Shown here in pieces: positions 1 to 12,600 of a stretch of DNA of 37,256 bases; positions within the stretch are counted from its first letter, which is position 1; the number at the start of each line of letters is the position of its first letter. The position numbers and the translations under genes are program-made. The DNA comes from a virus (taxonomy: Duplodnaviria; Caudoviricetes), in IMG/VR virus record IMGVR_UViG_3300020325_000034, positions 1 through 37,256 of that record; one strand, given 5' to 3'. The notes below the pieces were generated by a model. The model had not been told where the DNA came from, did not search any database, and worked only from the letters and a program-made list of their open reading frames with translations.

Positions 1-2
1 TT

Positions 3-2786
3 GAAAGCATCGTCTATCTCATCAATGATAATACCATCAGGTGTTCTATCAATGTTAACAGTGATAAGTGAACTGAAAGTCTGACTACCACCTTCACCCG
101 TTCCTTGTGCTACTAATTGAACCTGCTCAGGTCCTTCCAAATTCCATGGAATTGCAATTTGTGTGGATGCTACGTTTACTACAGTATTGGGACCACCTAT
201 CTCAGCACTTCCAGCGGGACCAAATGTTAGTGTAGTTCCTTGCTGTGTAGTACCATCAGCAAATACATATGATGGCGTAATATTAATACTGATATTACAA
301 TACTCTGATTCAAAACCAACAAAGCAATCATCACCGTAATTTAATTGTGTTGGAGCGTTCCACTCAAATGTTGGGATTTGTACAACTCTTACTGTTGCAG
401 TTGCGGTAGGTGATGTACCAGCACCTGCATTAGTTGCATATCCACTAAAAGTAACAGTATCTGCAGCAGTAAATGTTTGACTACTGGTAGTATTGCCATT
501 GCTGATAGGTCCAGCAGTCCAGACAACTCCATTCGTTGTTCCTGTAGTATACCAACTAACCGTAAATTGCTGACCAGCAATAACAGGAGTAGAAGGAGCA
601 CTGATGAAAAGTGTTGGAGGAACCAATACTGTTACTGTACAACTTCCACCCGTGCTTAGTGAATAAGTTGTTGTACCAGCAGGTGTATGAGTATAACTAC
701 CACTATAAGTGAGACTGGAAGCATCGGTATAACCACTAGTTGGTGCTTTAAAACCAGTATTAGGTCCATTGGAAGTATATGGTCCTTCACCACTAGAACT
801 TGTAGTCCAAATAGTTCCAAAACCACCAGGGGTACTACCATTTGGGTCAACTTTTTCGTAAATTGTTGTTGTGGGCACAGGATGACCTGACGAATAGAAT
901 GGATATACGTATCCAATATATGCAATTGGTTTAACTCCAGGATATTCTGCATCATATCCCAAGAATGTTCCTGGTGCCTGTGTAGTAAATGATTTAAACA
1001 GAGTGCCTTCTTGACTATATCCACCAGGATTAGATGGAGAGCACATATGATCTCCAGGTGGAGGATTTGTACTAAACCACCTAGGAATATTTTGTACACT
1101 ATAAGTTTTTACACTTCCTGACGTAACTGATAATGCACCAGGAACAGGACTAATATATGCACTAGTGTACCCTCGAACAAACCAAGAAATAGTTACAGAA
1201 CCACCTAAGATAATGGTCTTGGATGATGATCCATCACTAAAAGAAAGTGATGATGATGCCTGTGATCTGACAGGAAACTCCTCAGTAGGTTGCACTGGTG
1301 GTATACCAGCACCAGCAACTATTTGTGTAACTTCTGGTACAGGTTCAGATGAACCTGTTGGTGGAGCAGTACCAATTTGTCGTATATCTGTAAACTCCTC
1401 ATCATTGATTCTAATTGAGATTGGATAGTCAGACTTAACTTCTACAGGAATATCAATACTATTAATTGCATACATGTCAGATGTCGTAGTGTCTGCAGGC
1501 AGAGCATCTACTGTGTATACTGGTTCTTCATTTTGAAACTTACCATCAGTCTCATCAATATTTAAGTTGTCCATCTCCTCATCAATGATGATGGGAACCT
1601 CCTTAGAGAGACTTTGTGAACCACCACTACCAGTGATAGTCAAAATATATGTTACTGATCTTGGTCCAAAATTATTATATGTGATATTAGTGCCAATTAC
1701 ATTACTAACTGTTGGATTTGGACCATTTGATTCAGCAGTTCCACTAGTTGGATATTGTATAATGCCTATCTCATCTGAATATGTGTTATAATTATAGACC
1801 GTCAGTATCTGTACATTAGTGTTTGCATAACTGACATCATAATCAATATTTCCATTCTGACCATAGTTTAATGATTCAGGAACATTGAACTCATTAATGA
1901 CAGGTACTTGATAAACATAAACTGTAATACTCGCTGTTGGACTGGTTCCACCAAGTCCAGTAGCATATGCACTGTAAGTTGTAGAAACTGCTGGACAAAT
2001 TGTCTCAGCACTAGTTACGTTTTGATTATTAATATTACCACTTGTCCAGATAACAGTATTGCCATCACCACTAACAGACCATGATAAAGTAGTACACTGA
2101 CCTGCAATGAGAACTGTATCACCAATTGTCATGTTAAGTACAGGTGGGATATAAACAGTTAAGAATGCATATCTAACAGTTTGTCCACCTTCACCACGAA
2201 CATCAAAGAAATACTGTGTGCTAGAAGTCGGACTGACTGTTGTACTACCACTAGCAGCAGGTGATATGTTTGACATATTACGATAGTAAATGCCAACACC
2301 AGAAGAACTCCAAGTGATTGTAGCGGACTGTCCTTGAATAATTGCAGAAGGACTTACAGAAATACTTACAGATGGTGCTGGAGGTCTTGCTGGTGCGTCA
2401 ATAGTAAAAGCAATACCATATGGATTTGATTGGTAATTGTCTGATGATGGTGCATTAAAAACAGTACCACTTATACTCTTAGTTCCTGGCGTCTCATAAA
2501 ATGTAGTTGTCGCTTGTCCACCAAATCCAGATACAGAACAACCACGACCAGCGACATTCAATGATCCTCTATTATCTGCAGATGCTCGAACTGTATAAGT
2601 TCCAGAATATGGAAAATATACACTACCAGAAAATCCAAAAGTAGAACCATTGTAAGCACTACCAGGACCGCTGTTAGGACCAGTGAATCTAACAGCATAA
2701 CTATTCATGAGAGAACCCCATGCACCATTGGTATAATCACCACCAATGCCGCCAGGTATATTTCTGCTAGTGTATATAATTGCCAT
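3..2786 (-). CDS. Modular tail fibre/virion structural protein, 3'-truncated by the window edge (at least 928 aa); absent from the ORF track
   Basis: ATG at 2786 overlaps the TAA of the upstream gene (TAATG). Manual translation is open to the edge: MAIIYTSRNIPGGIGGDY...IIDEIDDAF. It is Thr/Ser/Gly-rich and has two copies of a module shared with 2786..4474. Confidence 0.85.
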   Translation of the reverse strand, partial: MAIIYTSRNIPGGIGGDYTNGAWGSLMNSYAVRFTGPNSGPGSAYNGSTFGFSGSVYFPYSGTYTVRASADNRGSLNVAGRGCSVSGFGGQATTTFYETPGTKSISGTVFNAPSSDNYQSNPYGIAFTIDAPARPPAPSVSISVSPSAIIQGQSATITWSSSGVGIYYRNMSNISPAASGSTTVSPTSSTQYFFDVRGEGGQTVRYAFLTVYIPPVLNMTIGDTVLIAGQCTTLSWSVSGDGNTVIWTSGNINNQNVTSAETICPAVSTTYSAYATGLGGTSPTASITVYVYQVPVINEFNVPESLNYGQNGNIDYDVSYANTNVQILTVYNYNTYSDEIGIIQYPTSGTAESNGPNPTVSNVIGTNITYNNFGPRSVTYILTITGSGGSQSLSKEVPIIIDEEMDNLNIDETDGKFQNEEPVYTVDALPADTTTSDMYAINSIDIPVEVKSDYPISIRINDEEFTDIRQIGTAPPTGSSEPVPEVTQIVAGAGIPPVQPTEEFPVRSQASSSLSFSDGSSSKTIILGGSVTISWFVRGYTSAYISPVPGALSVTSGSVKTYSVQNIPRWFSTNPPPGDHMCSPSNPGGYSQEGTLFKSFTTQAPGTFLGYDAEYPGVKPIAYIGYVYPFYSSGHPVPTTTIYEKVDPNGSTPGGFGTIWTTSSSGEGPYTSNGPNTGFKAPTSGYTDASSLTYSGSYTHTPAGTTTYSLSTGGSCTVTVLVPPTLFISAPSTPVIAGQQFTVSWYTTGTTNGVVWTAGPISNGNTTSSQTFTAADTVTFSGYATNAGAGTSPTATATVRVVQIPTFEWNAPTQLNYGDDCFVGFESEYCNISINITPSYVFADGTTQQGTTLTFGPAGSAEIGGPNTVVNVASTQIAIPWNLEGPEQVQLVAQGTGEGGSQTFSSLITVNIDRTPDGIIIDEIDDAF

Positions 2787-4474
2787 TAAATTTGCTCCAC
2801 GCTTTGCCAGTCGTCGCCCTGATTAATATCTATTTTAATTTGGGCGTTAGATTTAACAGTAATCGGAATATCGATACCATCAATCAAAATTAAACTTGTC
2901 AAGATATCACTATCTGGTGAAACAATAGGATCTTGATCCTTAAATGCATCATCAGTCTCAGGGATATTAACATTATCAGGTGTAATATCAATATTTACTG
3001 GTATAAAACCAGTAGTGGGGGAAACACTTCCACCAGTGCCAGTAGCAGTAATACGTACCTCAATCTGTGCTGGTCCAGTAGGTCCCCAAGGAACTGGAAT
3101 ATCTACATTCCCATTAACAATAGTTTCTGAATCTGGTCTTCCAGATTCTCCTGTAACTGCAGGAGTAATTTGAATGCTAGATCCCTCAAACGAAGTTCCA
3201 TCAGTCATCTGATAGAACGGAGTCAATTTGATCTCAGTGTCAGCATATTGTGTCTCATATGCAACATTTAATGTATCACCATAATCAATTTCACTAGGAC
3301 CAGATATTGTCGCTGTGGGAACATAAACCACATAAACTGTCTGGGTTGCAATTGCAGATGTTCCACCCAACCCAGTTGCTTGTACAGAATACGTTGTAGT
3401 AATTTGAGGACAAATTTGTACAGAACTGGTTAAGTTTAGATTGTTAATATTACCCGCCAACCAATAGAGTGTATCGCCATCACCAGTAGTTTCCCATGAT
3501 AATTGTGTACATTGTCCAATAATTAGAACAGTATCTAGTACATCGAGAATTACCTTGGGTCTGATGAGCATAGAGACTTCAAGATACCCAGGACCGCCAA
3601 GTGTATATCCAGTGCCAACAGTACCAACTGTTGCTACATGTGTAGTCCCAGGAGCATATGTGACAGAGTCAATCAATTGCTGTCTAGTAAAAGAAGCAGT
3701 AATTCCTCCACCACCACCGCCGCCCATACCCTGAGCGCCAGCTTTGATGCCAGAAGCAGTGAATGAAAAACATCTAATGTATCCATTTTTACCTCTTCCA
3801 TTACAAAACCAAATTCTAAATCCAGAGGAAGTTTTATCTAAAATACCAGCACTATAATAAGGTGTAGCCGTACCGCCACCAGCAGCTTGCTGACAAATAC
3901 CAAAAACGTTTATAGAATAAAAAGAATTAACAAAAGCATTGTTAAATGTAATCCTATAGTGTTTTGTCCCGTAATTTGGAGTACATGATAATCCATCAGC
4001 TGCCCATGGATTCATATAACTAATACTTAAATCTGGACTATAACTCTGGAAGACGTGTGTATTTGAATTATTATCAAAAATATGAAATGAAGATGATGTA
4101 TATGTAGTTGTTCCTGGGTCTCCGCCACCACCATCGCCTCGACGTTGCCCAGCAATAGTTGCACCATTTCCAGCGGTAGGAATTCCTCCACTATTACCAC
4201 CAAAAGTACCAACGGTAACACCAAAATTTGCCCAATTAAACACAGAAGATGCAGATCCTGCACTACCACCTCCTGGTGTAGATCCACCAGCACCACCAGT
4301 TGCTTTTAATCCAAAGAATTCAGAGTCTCCACCATTTGTTCCTGGCGTTCTAACAAAACTATCAGAAACTGATTCTCCACCACCACCTGCTGCCCACATC
4401 TTAATTTCGAGTTCAGCAATCTCTTCAGGAACGATAAGCGATCCCTGATTTGCTATCGTAAATGTCTGTGGCAT
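2786..4474 (-). CDS. Tail fibre-like virion protein (562 aa): Gly-rich N-terminus, possible lectin-like insert, Ig-like C-terminal module
   Basis: WAAGGGG...GGAGG glycine-rich motifs typical of cyanophage fibres; the C-terminal module is paralogous to 3..2786; structural operon context. Confidence 0.7.
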   Translation of the reverse strand: MPQTFTIANQGSLIVPEEIAELEIKMWAAGGGGESVSDSFVRTPGTNGGDSEFFGLKATGGAGGSTPGGGSAGSASSVFNWANFGVTVGTFGGNSGGIPTAGNGATIAGQRRGDGGGGDPGTTTYTSSSFHIFDNNSNTHVFQSYSPDLSISYMNPWAADGLSCTPNYGTKHYRITFNNAFVNSFYSINVFGICQQAAGGGTATPYYSAGILDKTSSGFRIWFCNGRGKNGYIRCFSFTASGIKAGAQGMGGGGGGGITASFTRQQLIDSVTYAPGTTHVATVGTVGTGYTLGGPGYLEVSMLIRPKVILDVLDTVLIIGQCTQLSWETTGDGDTLYWLAGNINNLNLTSSVQICPQITTTYSVQATGLGGTSAIATQTVYVVYVPTATISGPSEIDYGDTLNVAYETQYADTEIKLTPFYQMTDGTSFEGSSIQITPAVTGESGRPDSETIVNGNVDIPVPWGPTGPAQIEVRITATGTGGSVSPTTGFIPVNIDITPDNVNIPETDDAFKDQDPIVSPDSDILTSLILIDGIDIPITVKSNAQIKIDINQGDDWQSVEQI

Positions 4475-4476
4475 GG

Positions 4477-5364
4477 TTAGATCTTAATGATATATTCTAC
4501 AAGAATAAACGGTGTAACTAACTGATCTAACTTTTCAGCATCACTAACATCAACGTCTACAAATGCTGAGACACCACTCATATCTACCTGCTTCTGTGCA
4601 TATGAATATGTAAAGTTATGGGCATAACTGAATGGTCTAGCGATATTATGTGAGTGAACTGACTCACTACCTGATTCATTCGTGAATCTAAGTTCATGTC
4701 CAGCACCACTGTTTGCTCCGAATTCACCATAGTCTTTACCACCAGTTCCACCGACTTTGTGGTTTCCTGTATAGTTCAGATACTTCTGAGAAGAGTTGTG
4801 AGCATGACCTTGGAAGTTATCAATGCCAAGACTTTCTTCAGTTGTCGATCTTGGAATAGTATATCTTGGGTTGCCCAACATCGAGATACCAGTTACAGGA
4901 CTGATCTGAGCATTTCCCTGATAAGTTGAAGTGATCCTAGAACCACTATTGCTAGTAATATTAACTTGAGGACCAACTCTAGTTAGAGGATTAGTTTCAA
5001 CAATCCCACGATCAACAGTCAGGTTATTGTATACACCTGTTCCTCTACCACCAATAATAACTTTAGATCCTAAGTCTGGCAATTGAAACTGTCCCAACTC
5101 ACCAGTCTCTGGATTTGGTTCAGTTAAAGTTACCGTATCTTTCTTGAATCTACATTGACTACCTGCTCCCAATACCTCTGCTAGAGCAATGAAATCTTTT
5201 ACATTCAAAATAGAACCATCACATCGCAAATATCCTGCTGGCAGACTTTCCTTAAAATTTGCACTATTTGGATCGTTTGCTGTACCTAATCCAGGAGTAG
5301 AATGTGCGACAATAGTGCCCACAATACCGCCGTATCTTGATCTTTCTCGTGTGTAATTTGCCAT
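4477..5364 (-). CDS. Tail-collar domain protein (short tail fibre/baseplate, gp12/gp10-like)
   Basis: Collar motif VGTIV...PAGYLRCDGS...LAEVLG...FQLPDL, H-x-H motifs (GHAH, VHSH) and a C-terminal PFILVEYIIK. The start was moved to ATG 5364, just after the upstream stop. Confidence 0.8.
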   Translation of the reverse strand: MANYTRERSRYGGIVGTIVAHSTPGLGTANDPNSANFKESLPAGYLRCDGSILNVKDFIALAEVLGAGSQCRFKKDTVTLTEPNPETGELGQFQLPDLGSKVIIGGRGTGVYNNLTVDRGIVETNPLTRVGPQVNITSNSGSRITSTYQGNAQISPVTGISMLGNPRYTIPRSTTEESLGIDNFQGHAHNSSQKYLNYTGNHKVGGTGGKDYGEFGANSGAGHELRFTNESGSESVHSHNIARPFSYAHNFTYSYAQKQVDMSGVSAFVDVDVSDAEKLDQLVTPFILVEYIIKI

Positions 5365-5365
5365 A

Positions 5366-6613
5366 TTAGTAAGCTCTGATGATATAAACACAAGTTACTG
5401 ATGGTTGACTTGTGTTCATGTCTATTTGCAATGCCCCTTTGTTAACTTCATTATCTAGTTCCGTAGTAACAGGAATATTTACGTCCGCAATCAAACTAGA
5501 CTGTGGTTTTAAACTACCCTGATCATAAACGATTTCAAAAGGTTCATGTGTATGTGCAATTAAATTATCTCCTAACCAATCGGTAGCACTATTACTTAAG
5601 AATGTACCAAAATTACCAACACCAGGGAAATCAGAATAGAAATTTTGTTGACCAGTTGGAATATCAACACTTCCAGAGAACAATGCATATGGGATAGTAT
5701 CACCACCTGACATCTGTTGATAATCAAATTGACTCTGTTCTGCAACAGGGGTGCGATACATCTCCTTAGCATAGATGTTAACTGGTGGGTTCTCAGAACC
5801 TACCTGAGCAATTGTTCTACCATCTCGTCCACCACCAACACCACTATACGAGTCAACTGCTCCAGTAGACCAAAGGTTTGATTCTACCTTAACTCCCTGA
5901 TATGTTTGAATGTATTTAAAGTATAGAGTATCAATGTTTGGACCATCTTCCTGGTCATCAGATGCCTGATATGTCCAGTCAAATTCAACGTTATCCCAAG
6001 GGATAACACCCTTACCAGATCTGGATACAGGCAAATTGTTCAGCGTTTCATATACGCCACTGTGTGTATGTGGTCTAATATGCTGGTGTCCTAGTTTTCT
6101 TCCACCAATATACATGACTTTTTCACCAATACCATCAATAATGGTATTACCACGAATATTTCCACTATAACCTAATCTATCATTGAGTGTAAATTCAACA
6201 TCAGTACGAACATCTGTAAATACAGCGTTGGAGATTAAATTAACATTAGGTCCAATGTAAGGAGCAATGAGATTTCTCGCCGTAGCGTCAGTCTCAGGTG
6301 CTTTTCCTGTACCACCATTTGCCGCTTCATCAAAATATTCTTCTTCAATATCCATTAGGTGCTGACCACCATTCAAGTTAGGGAGAAGAATATCTCCCTG
6401 ATAATTTGGAAACGCACCACCTAAATTAGACGTACTTGGGTCTAGATTGTAAGTATCACCAATAGCTTGAACAAGCAAGGGAAATTCCCTTGCCTGTTTA
6501 CTAGATCCATCACAAATAATCCACCCATCTGGAATTGAACTCAGACCACCAGACCACGGCATGATAGTGCCAATGACCGCAGCCTTCATAGATTTTGTGC
6601 CTTGGTAAAACAT
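5366..6613 (-). CDS. Tail-collar domain protein (short tail fibre/baseplate, gp12/gp10-like)
   Basis: IGTIMPW...IPDGWIICDG...FPLLVQAIG...LPNL collar motif, PHTH/AHTH motifs and a C-terminal QPSVTCVYIIRAY. Confidence 0.8.
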   Translation of the reverse strand: MFYQGTKSMKAAVIGTIMPWSGGLSSIPDGWIICDGSSKQAREFPLLVQAIGDTYNLDPSTSNLGGAFPNYQGDILLPNLNGGQHLMDIEEEYFDEAANGGTGKAPETDATARNLIAPYIGPNVNLISNAVFTDVRTDVEFTLNDRLGYSGNIRGNTIIDGIGEKVMYIGGRKLGHQHIRPHTHSGVYETLNNLPVSRSGKGVIPWDNVEFDWTYQASDDQEDGPNIDTLYFKYIQTYQGVKVESNLWSTGAVDSYSGVGGGRDGRTIAQVGSENPPVNIYAKEMYRTPVAEQSQFDYQQMSGGDTIPYALFSGSVDIPTGQQNFYSDFPGVGNFGTFLSNSATDWLGDNLIAHTHEPFEIVYDQGSLKPQSSLIADVNIPVTTELDNEVNKGALQIDMNTSQPSVTCVYIIRAY

Positions 6614-6617
6614 CTCT

Positions 6618-9600
6618 TTATACGTCCATTAAATACCAACCAGTTTGAGCAGATGGAACCGTAGAAGAACTACCATCTGGATTCAATGCTCCTGCATATA
6701 CAAGTCCAAATGCTGCATGTGGTGTTTGTACAACTAATTCACCACCGTTATGTCCAGCATATGCGGAAGGAGAAACACCAGTCAAGACTGCAGAACCAGT
6801 ATTTGAAAGTTCTCCCTGAACTTTAGTATCATCAGGTGCTCTGACGACCAGAGTCCTATCATAAGTTAGTGCCCCACTAATATCTATAATACGAATAGTA
6901 TCGCCAATTAGAGGATTGGTAGGTAGTTTGAACAGAGTATTGCCACCTGGGTTGACAAAGTAGTTAACGTTTGCTTCAGCTTGAATAACTGTATTGCTGC
7001 TGTTTACCCACTTATTACCACCAGTTCTGGTGAAGTAGTTGTTGATGCCTGCAACCTGCATTGCACCATCACTTTCGATGGAGAACAACTCTCCTTCATT
7101 CTCATCCTTAACAACAACTCTTCTATCCTGTGCCTCACCGCCGCCATCTCTGAAGGTCATGTCAAGACCACCAGTGTTGACTACGATAGATCCACCAAAC
7201 GTGCTAGGACCGCTTCCTAGTGCTGATAGAGAACCATATACAGTGAAGTCTCCAGAAGAATTGATAAACTCAAGTCTTGGAACTGTTTGATCTGCAACAC
7301 CATTTTCATCCTTGCCATAGAAACGCATGTCTCCAAGACTGTAGATGCTTCCAGTTGCAGTGTCAACTTGGAAAGTGACCGCTTCCTGAGTACCTGTAGT
7401 ACCACCATTTGTTAGAGTTAGGAACTCAGTGTTGCCCTGAGGTGTTAACTTAAACAACTGACTGTTTGCAAATGGTGCAGGAGAACCATTCTGTTCAAAG
7501 TCTGCAGATCCAACATCTGCAGCAAACGTAGATCCTCTAACAGTAAGCGTATTGTTTGTAGTTAGAGTTCCCTGAGTAATAGTATTACCAGTGTCAGAAT
7601 CAACAGTGAATCTGTTGAATCCAGTACCAGCAAGGATATCACCGAAGATGTAAGTATCGCCTGTAGTAGACTCAACCTTGAATACTTCAGCAGCAGGTGA
7701 ACCACCATCATTGACACTCAATGACTGAGGTGAAGTGCTAATGAGATCTTCGATAGATACAAATTCACTAGCAGTTAGTCTGAGTAGGTCTCTGGTGGAG
7801 ATTGTACCACCAAATTCTGCAACACCGATTCTTACATTGCCAGCGCCATTGCTGATGCCGCTTTCAGGAATATCAATGTTTCCATCTAGATCAAGGTCAG
7901 AACCAGTGATGAAGGAAGCATTAGATTGCTTGACCAGTTTAGCAATTACACAGTTATCAGGGTGGTTATCATATACGCCAGTGCCTTCTTGACCTCTGTT
8001 AACAATTAGTCTATATCCGTTAGGATCAGCAGGGTTAGCAACGTTAGCAAGACCGATAACACGAACAATCTCACTCTGTGATTCGTCTCTTAGACCAGTC
8101 AACTGGTTTGGAGCAACACCAACACTATCTGGAGATGCAGCATCACCTCTGTCGATTAGGAGAAGATCACCAACCTTGAAGTCAGTAATTGTTGGGGTTG
8201 TGATTGGTAGGAAGTATGTCTGACCAGCATCGTTAGTAGAACCAACATTGAAGGTAAGATCTCCACCACCAACTCCACCACCGAGTTGATCATTGCCAAT
8301 TGTAAGTGTATCACCAGCAACATATCCAGAACCAGGAGATTCAACAGTGATGTCGATTGTGCTATCAGCACGAACAAGAACCGTGAATGTTGCACCAGTA
8401 CCAATACCAGTTGTGGTTGCAGTTAGGAACGAATATGTTGCAGATGGTCTGAATGCAGCGCCGTTATTAACAATGGTGTCAATAGAAGCAATCTGACCAC
8501 CAGCAAGCAAGAATGCATTGGATCCCCAGGTAGAAACACCTGCAGTATCAATGAACTTACCAGTAGACTGATACTTGTAGAAGTCAATGTTTGGATTCTC
8601 TAGTCCACCAACATTATGAGGAACGATTGTTGTTCCAAACTTACCTCTACCGATTTCAAGGATACCAGCATTTAGACCACCGTCTAGTCTGATATTACCC
8701 TCAACAACAGCAGATGCAAGAACATTTAGTGTGTTTCTAACAGTGGTAGAACCACCAGTAGAACCCATCTGTAGTTGAGTAGCGTTAACAGCGAAGTTAA
8801 CTGTGTTAGTTTGGTCTCCATCGAAGAGATCAACAGTTCTGGTCTGAGTGAACAATCTAGAGGTGCTGGTTCCAGCGCCGTAGCGTGTGCCAATCTCAAG
8901 TTCGCCAGCGACAAGTAGTTGTCTTGTGCCAATCTCGGTGTATGATGCAGTGTTGCCCCATGCACCACCAAGAACGATTTCACAGTTATTAGCAACATCA
9001 TCATTAACGCTAGCAATATCAACAATTGCGTTAGTAGAATTTCTGTGAATTCTTAGCGATGACTGTGTAGCAGCATTACCAATTTGAAGTGTCTGAGTAC
9101 CTGAGGAGTTTGCAATGTTGATGCTCTGATCAACAGTGGTGTTATTCAGGAAGTTAAAGATCTGACCTTCGCCTGCCCAGTTTAGAATGTTTGCATTCTG
9201 TGGGACAAAGTTGAATGTGTTGTTAGTAGTGGTTAGATCACCACCATTAACTTGGATGTCAGAACTAAACTCAGTATCTCCAGTAATTCTACCAGTACCA
9301 ACAACAACCAGAGTCTGATCTAGGTTGTTCTGTGGATTAACAACATCATTAACTGAAGTGTTAATACCAAGTCTACCACCATTGGTGGTCATGACTCTCA
9401 ATACTGCGTCATCATCAGGATCGTTGCTGTCTCCGCCAACTAGCAGAGCGTTATCCATTGGATTCTCAGTTCTAGCAACTGTAGTCTCCGTTAGGAAGTT
9501 AGGAACAGTCTTACCAGTGATGAATACATTACCAACAACATCTAGGTTTGCTCTTGGATCAGTCTCATCAGAGATCCATGCGGTCTGAGTTGCAAGGTGC

Positions 9601-12600
9601 GAAGCACGAGCAATAGTGTTGATGCCAAGTTTGTAATCACCAATAGTCTCAGTGTTAGTTCTGAGTGCTTCAGCACCAACAACTCCCATCTCTTTCCAGT
9701 TGGAGTTAGAGAAGTCAATAGTTGCAGCAGCTTGACCTGCAGGAACGTCAGTTACACCACCAGTTCCACCCCAGGATAGGGTATTTGCTGGGATAGCATC
9801 AATAATCTGGAAGTGTACGTAGTTGTTTGTAGGATCAAATGCATCGCCATTAGGACTGAAGACAGACCATACAGAGTTCAGTCTGCTATCTGGATAGTTG
9901 TTAAGTCTGATCTGTGATCCAGAAGTAAGACCAATTGCACTGTTTGGAACATTAACACCCTGGTCATCGATAAACGTAAGTTTGACGATGTTAGTGGCAT
10001 CAAATTCGATAGTAAAGATGTTGCTCTGTGCAATAGTCTGGAAGTAGTTTGCATAAATCCAACCCCAGGATCCAGTCTTACCAACCTCAACACCCTTGAG
10101 AAGGATGTCTCCTGCCTTAACAGCAACACCGTTGTAAGATACAAACTGGTTAGCGTATACTCTATCGCCACCATCTGCGGGAACAGCGTTGTTGTTAGGA
10201 GTGATATTTGAGGGGATACCGTTAGTGATATGTGTCTGAATCTGATATCCTTGACCAGTTCCTCTTGCATTGAATCCGAAGACTGCTGCTTGGACTCTGT
10301 TCTTGCTAATACGGATATCACCGTCATTAACAACCTTGAATGCAGTTCTATCAAGAGATTCGTCTTGCTCTAGGTTGGTGATAGGATCAACAGAGGATAC
10401 ATTTGAACGGATGATCAATGTATCACGAACTTCTGATAGATCGTTATCCTGAACCGAAATAACAACTGGAGACTGGAATACGTTCTGTTGTGAACCATCA
10501 CCACCAACAACTGTAATATTCTGGTTGAATGTTACAGGTGTGTCGAAGGTGGTAACTAGGTTGCCGATATCCTCGTCGTCATCTGCACTAGACTCAAGAA
10601 CTGCTGCCTCTAGGAATGTCTCTTCACCAGTGATAGCATTGATCTTTCTATTACCAATGTATAGATCACCGTTGGAGTTTAGACCCGTGTAGAAGACGAT
10701 ACCACCGTCTTGTTTCTTACTTTGGGCGTAGAAGTCCTCAGTAGCAGTTAAGACGATTTCCTGACGTGCTGGGAGACCTGTGGAGTAGTTTCCTGGTCCG
10801 AAACCAAGATACTCAAACGTGTGGTTGCCTGCACGAGCAATAGATGGTCTACGAAGTTCAACATAATACTTCTGATCTGCTAGAACTGTGCTATTACCAG
10901 AAATCTTGATCTTACGATCTTCAGAACCAGAGGTTGCATTGCCTTCCTGTGCTTGGATTGCATTAGAACCACTGTAGTCATTCATGATGAATGCTGGTTG
11001 GTTGATGAAGTCTTCAACCAATTCTTTAGTGACAGAGTTCTTGTAATCGTTCGTTGTTACAAGACCATGAATATAGTTGTCTGCAGCGGAGAAAGTAGAA
11101 GGTGGATCGATAGACTGAACTGCTAGTGCTAGTTCTTCTGTAGAAGTACCATTCTTCTTGAACCACAGAGGATCGTTCTTATAATCTAGTGGATATAGTC
11201 TGCTGACTGGTTGTGAGAAGTTGAACTTGCGGAAGTTTCCACCAGCACCTGCACCAGTTGGGAATGGTGAGATATTACCGCGTAGGCAAGAGAGATAGTA
11301 AACACCATCTTGCTGACCTGCGATTCTACGCTGTAGGGTCTCATAACTGAAGACATAGAATGTGTCATCAATGATTCCTGCATCCTCAACACTCTCAACA
11401 TAGTATTCAACACCAGCGTCGTCTTGAATACGATCACCAGGGGTGATAGTATAAACGTTAGCGCCGTTTTGCTTGTAAAAATACTCAGGATATTTTTTCT
11501 TGATTAGTGTTTTTAGAGGTAGCGATTTGCCCATATCCTGGTCTTCCAGCATATCAGCAAAGGTTGTACCCTGTTGGAATCTAGTGTTATAATACTCACT
11601 AAACTCTAGTTTACCACCACGAACATTCTTCAGGATGAGATAATGCTCACCATTAACGGTCATGTATGCATGGAGGTTAGCAAGACCTGTTGAATTTCCA
11701 GACCATGTGATCTGGTTTGCAGTAGTGCTTTCAGTCTTGTTAACTGTCCACTCACCACCCTGAGGTGCATTGATCTTAACCGTAGTGAACGATTCGTTTC
11801 TCAATCCACCGAAGTTTAGAGTATCAACAGTGTGATCAAACACTGTCATCTCTAGATACTGGATGCTAGGATCTAGTCTGTCCTCAACATAACGTGCTGA
11901 TTGAATTGTCGCTTGAATACCAGAGTTGAATCTAGCAAATGCAGGAGACAGATATGGATCATATGCTGCATCGATGTTTAGAGAAGCAGCATCGAAGTTT
12001 GCTTGATCAACACCAATGAATTCACCTGCCTGTCTTGGGTTCTCAAAACGAGCACCATATACAGTTCCTGCTACTGGTTTGAGTAGGATTTTCTGTGGTA
12101 CTAACTTACGAGTATCGTCAGTCTTTGTCTTGATAACAAATCCATTGATAGGATCTCTAGCATTCTCGATGTACTTAGGAATGACATAACGGATCTTATA
12201 TGTTCTGTCATCTGCACCACGCTCATCTTCGAGACGTGTGTACCACATGTCAGTAGATCTGTTTCTATCTGCTAGGTCAGACTGCTTGATTCTCCAGAAG
12301 ATATTGTTTTCTCTGATTGCCTGTAGGTTGTTGGCAGATCCTTCATCCTTACAATTTACATACCACTTACCAGACTTATTGGTTAGTCTGGAGAATGATG
12401 GGTCAAACTTAACAGGTGATCTACGCTTGTTAGCATATACATTGAATGTAATTGTCTGACCAGGAACGAATGTAATTGGATTTACATTGTTGATAGCATC
12501 TGCATGAGTCTTGTGGATTGTGAAGACTCTATCGTTCTGATAGCGTGCGAAGAATTCAATCTGAGGATTGATCTTACCGAAGTTTGCATCATTAGGATCT

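Noticed and set aside
389-1791. Short ORFs on both strands
   Set aside because: All lie inside the uncalled long minus-strand gene 3..2786 and are alternative-frame artefacts.
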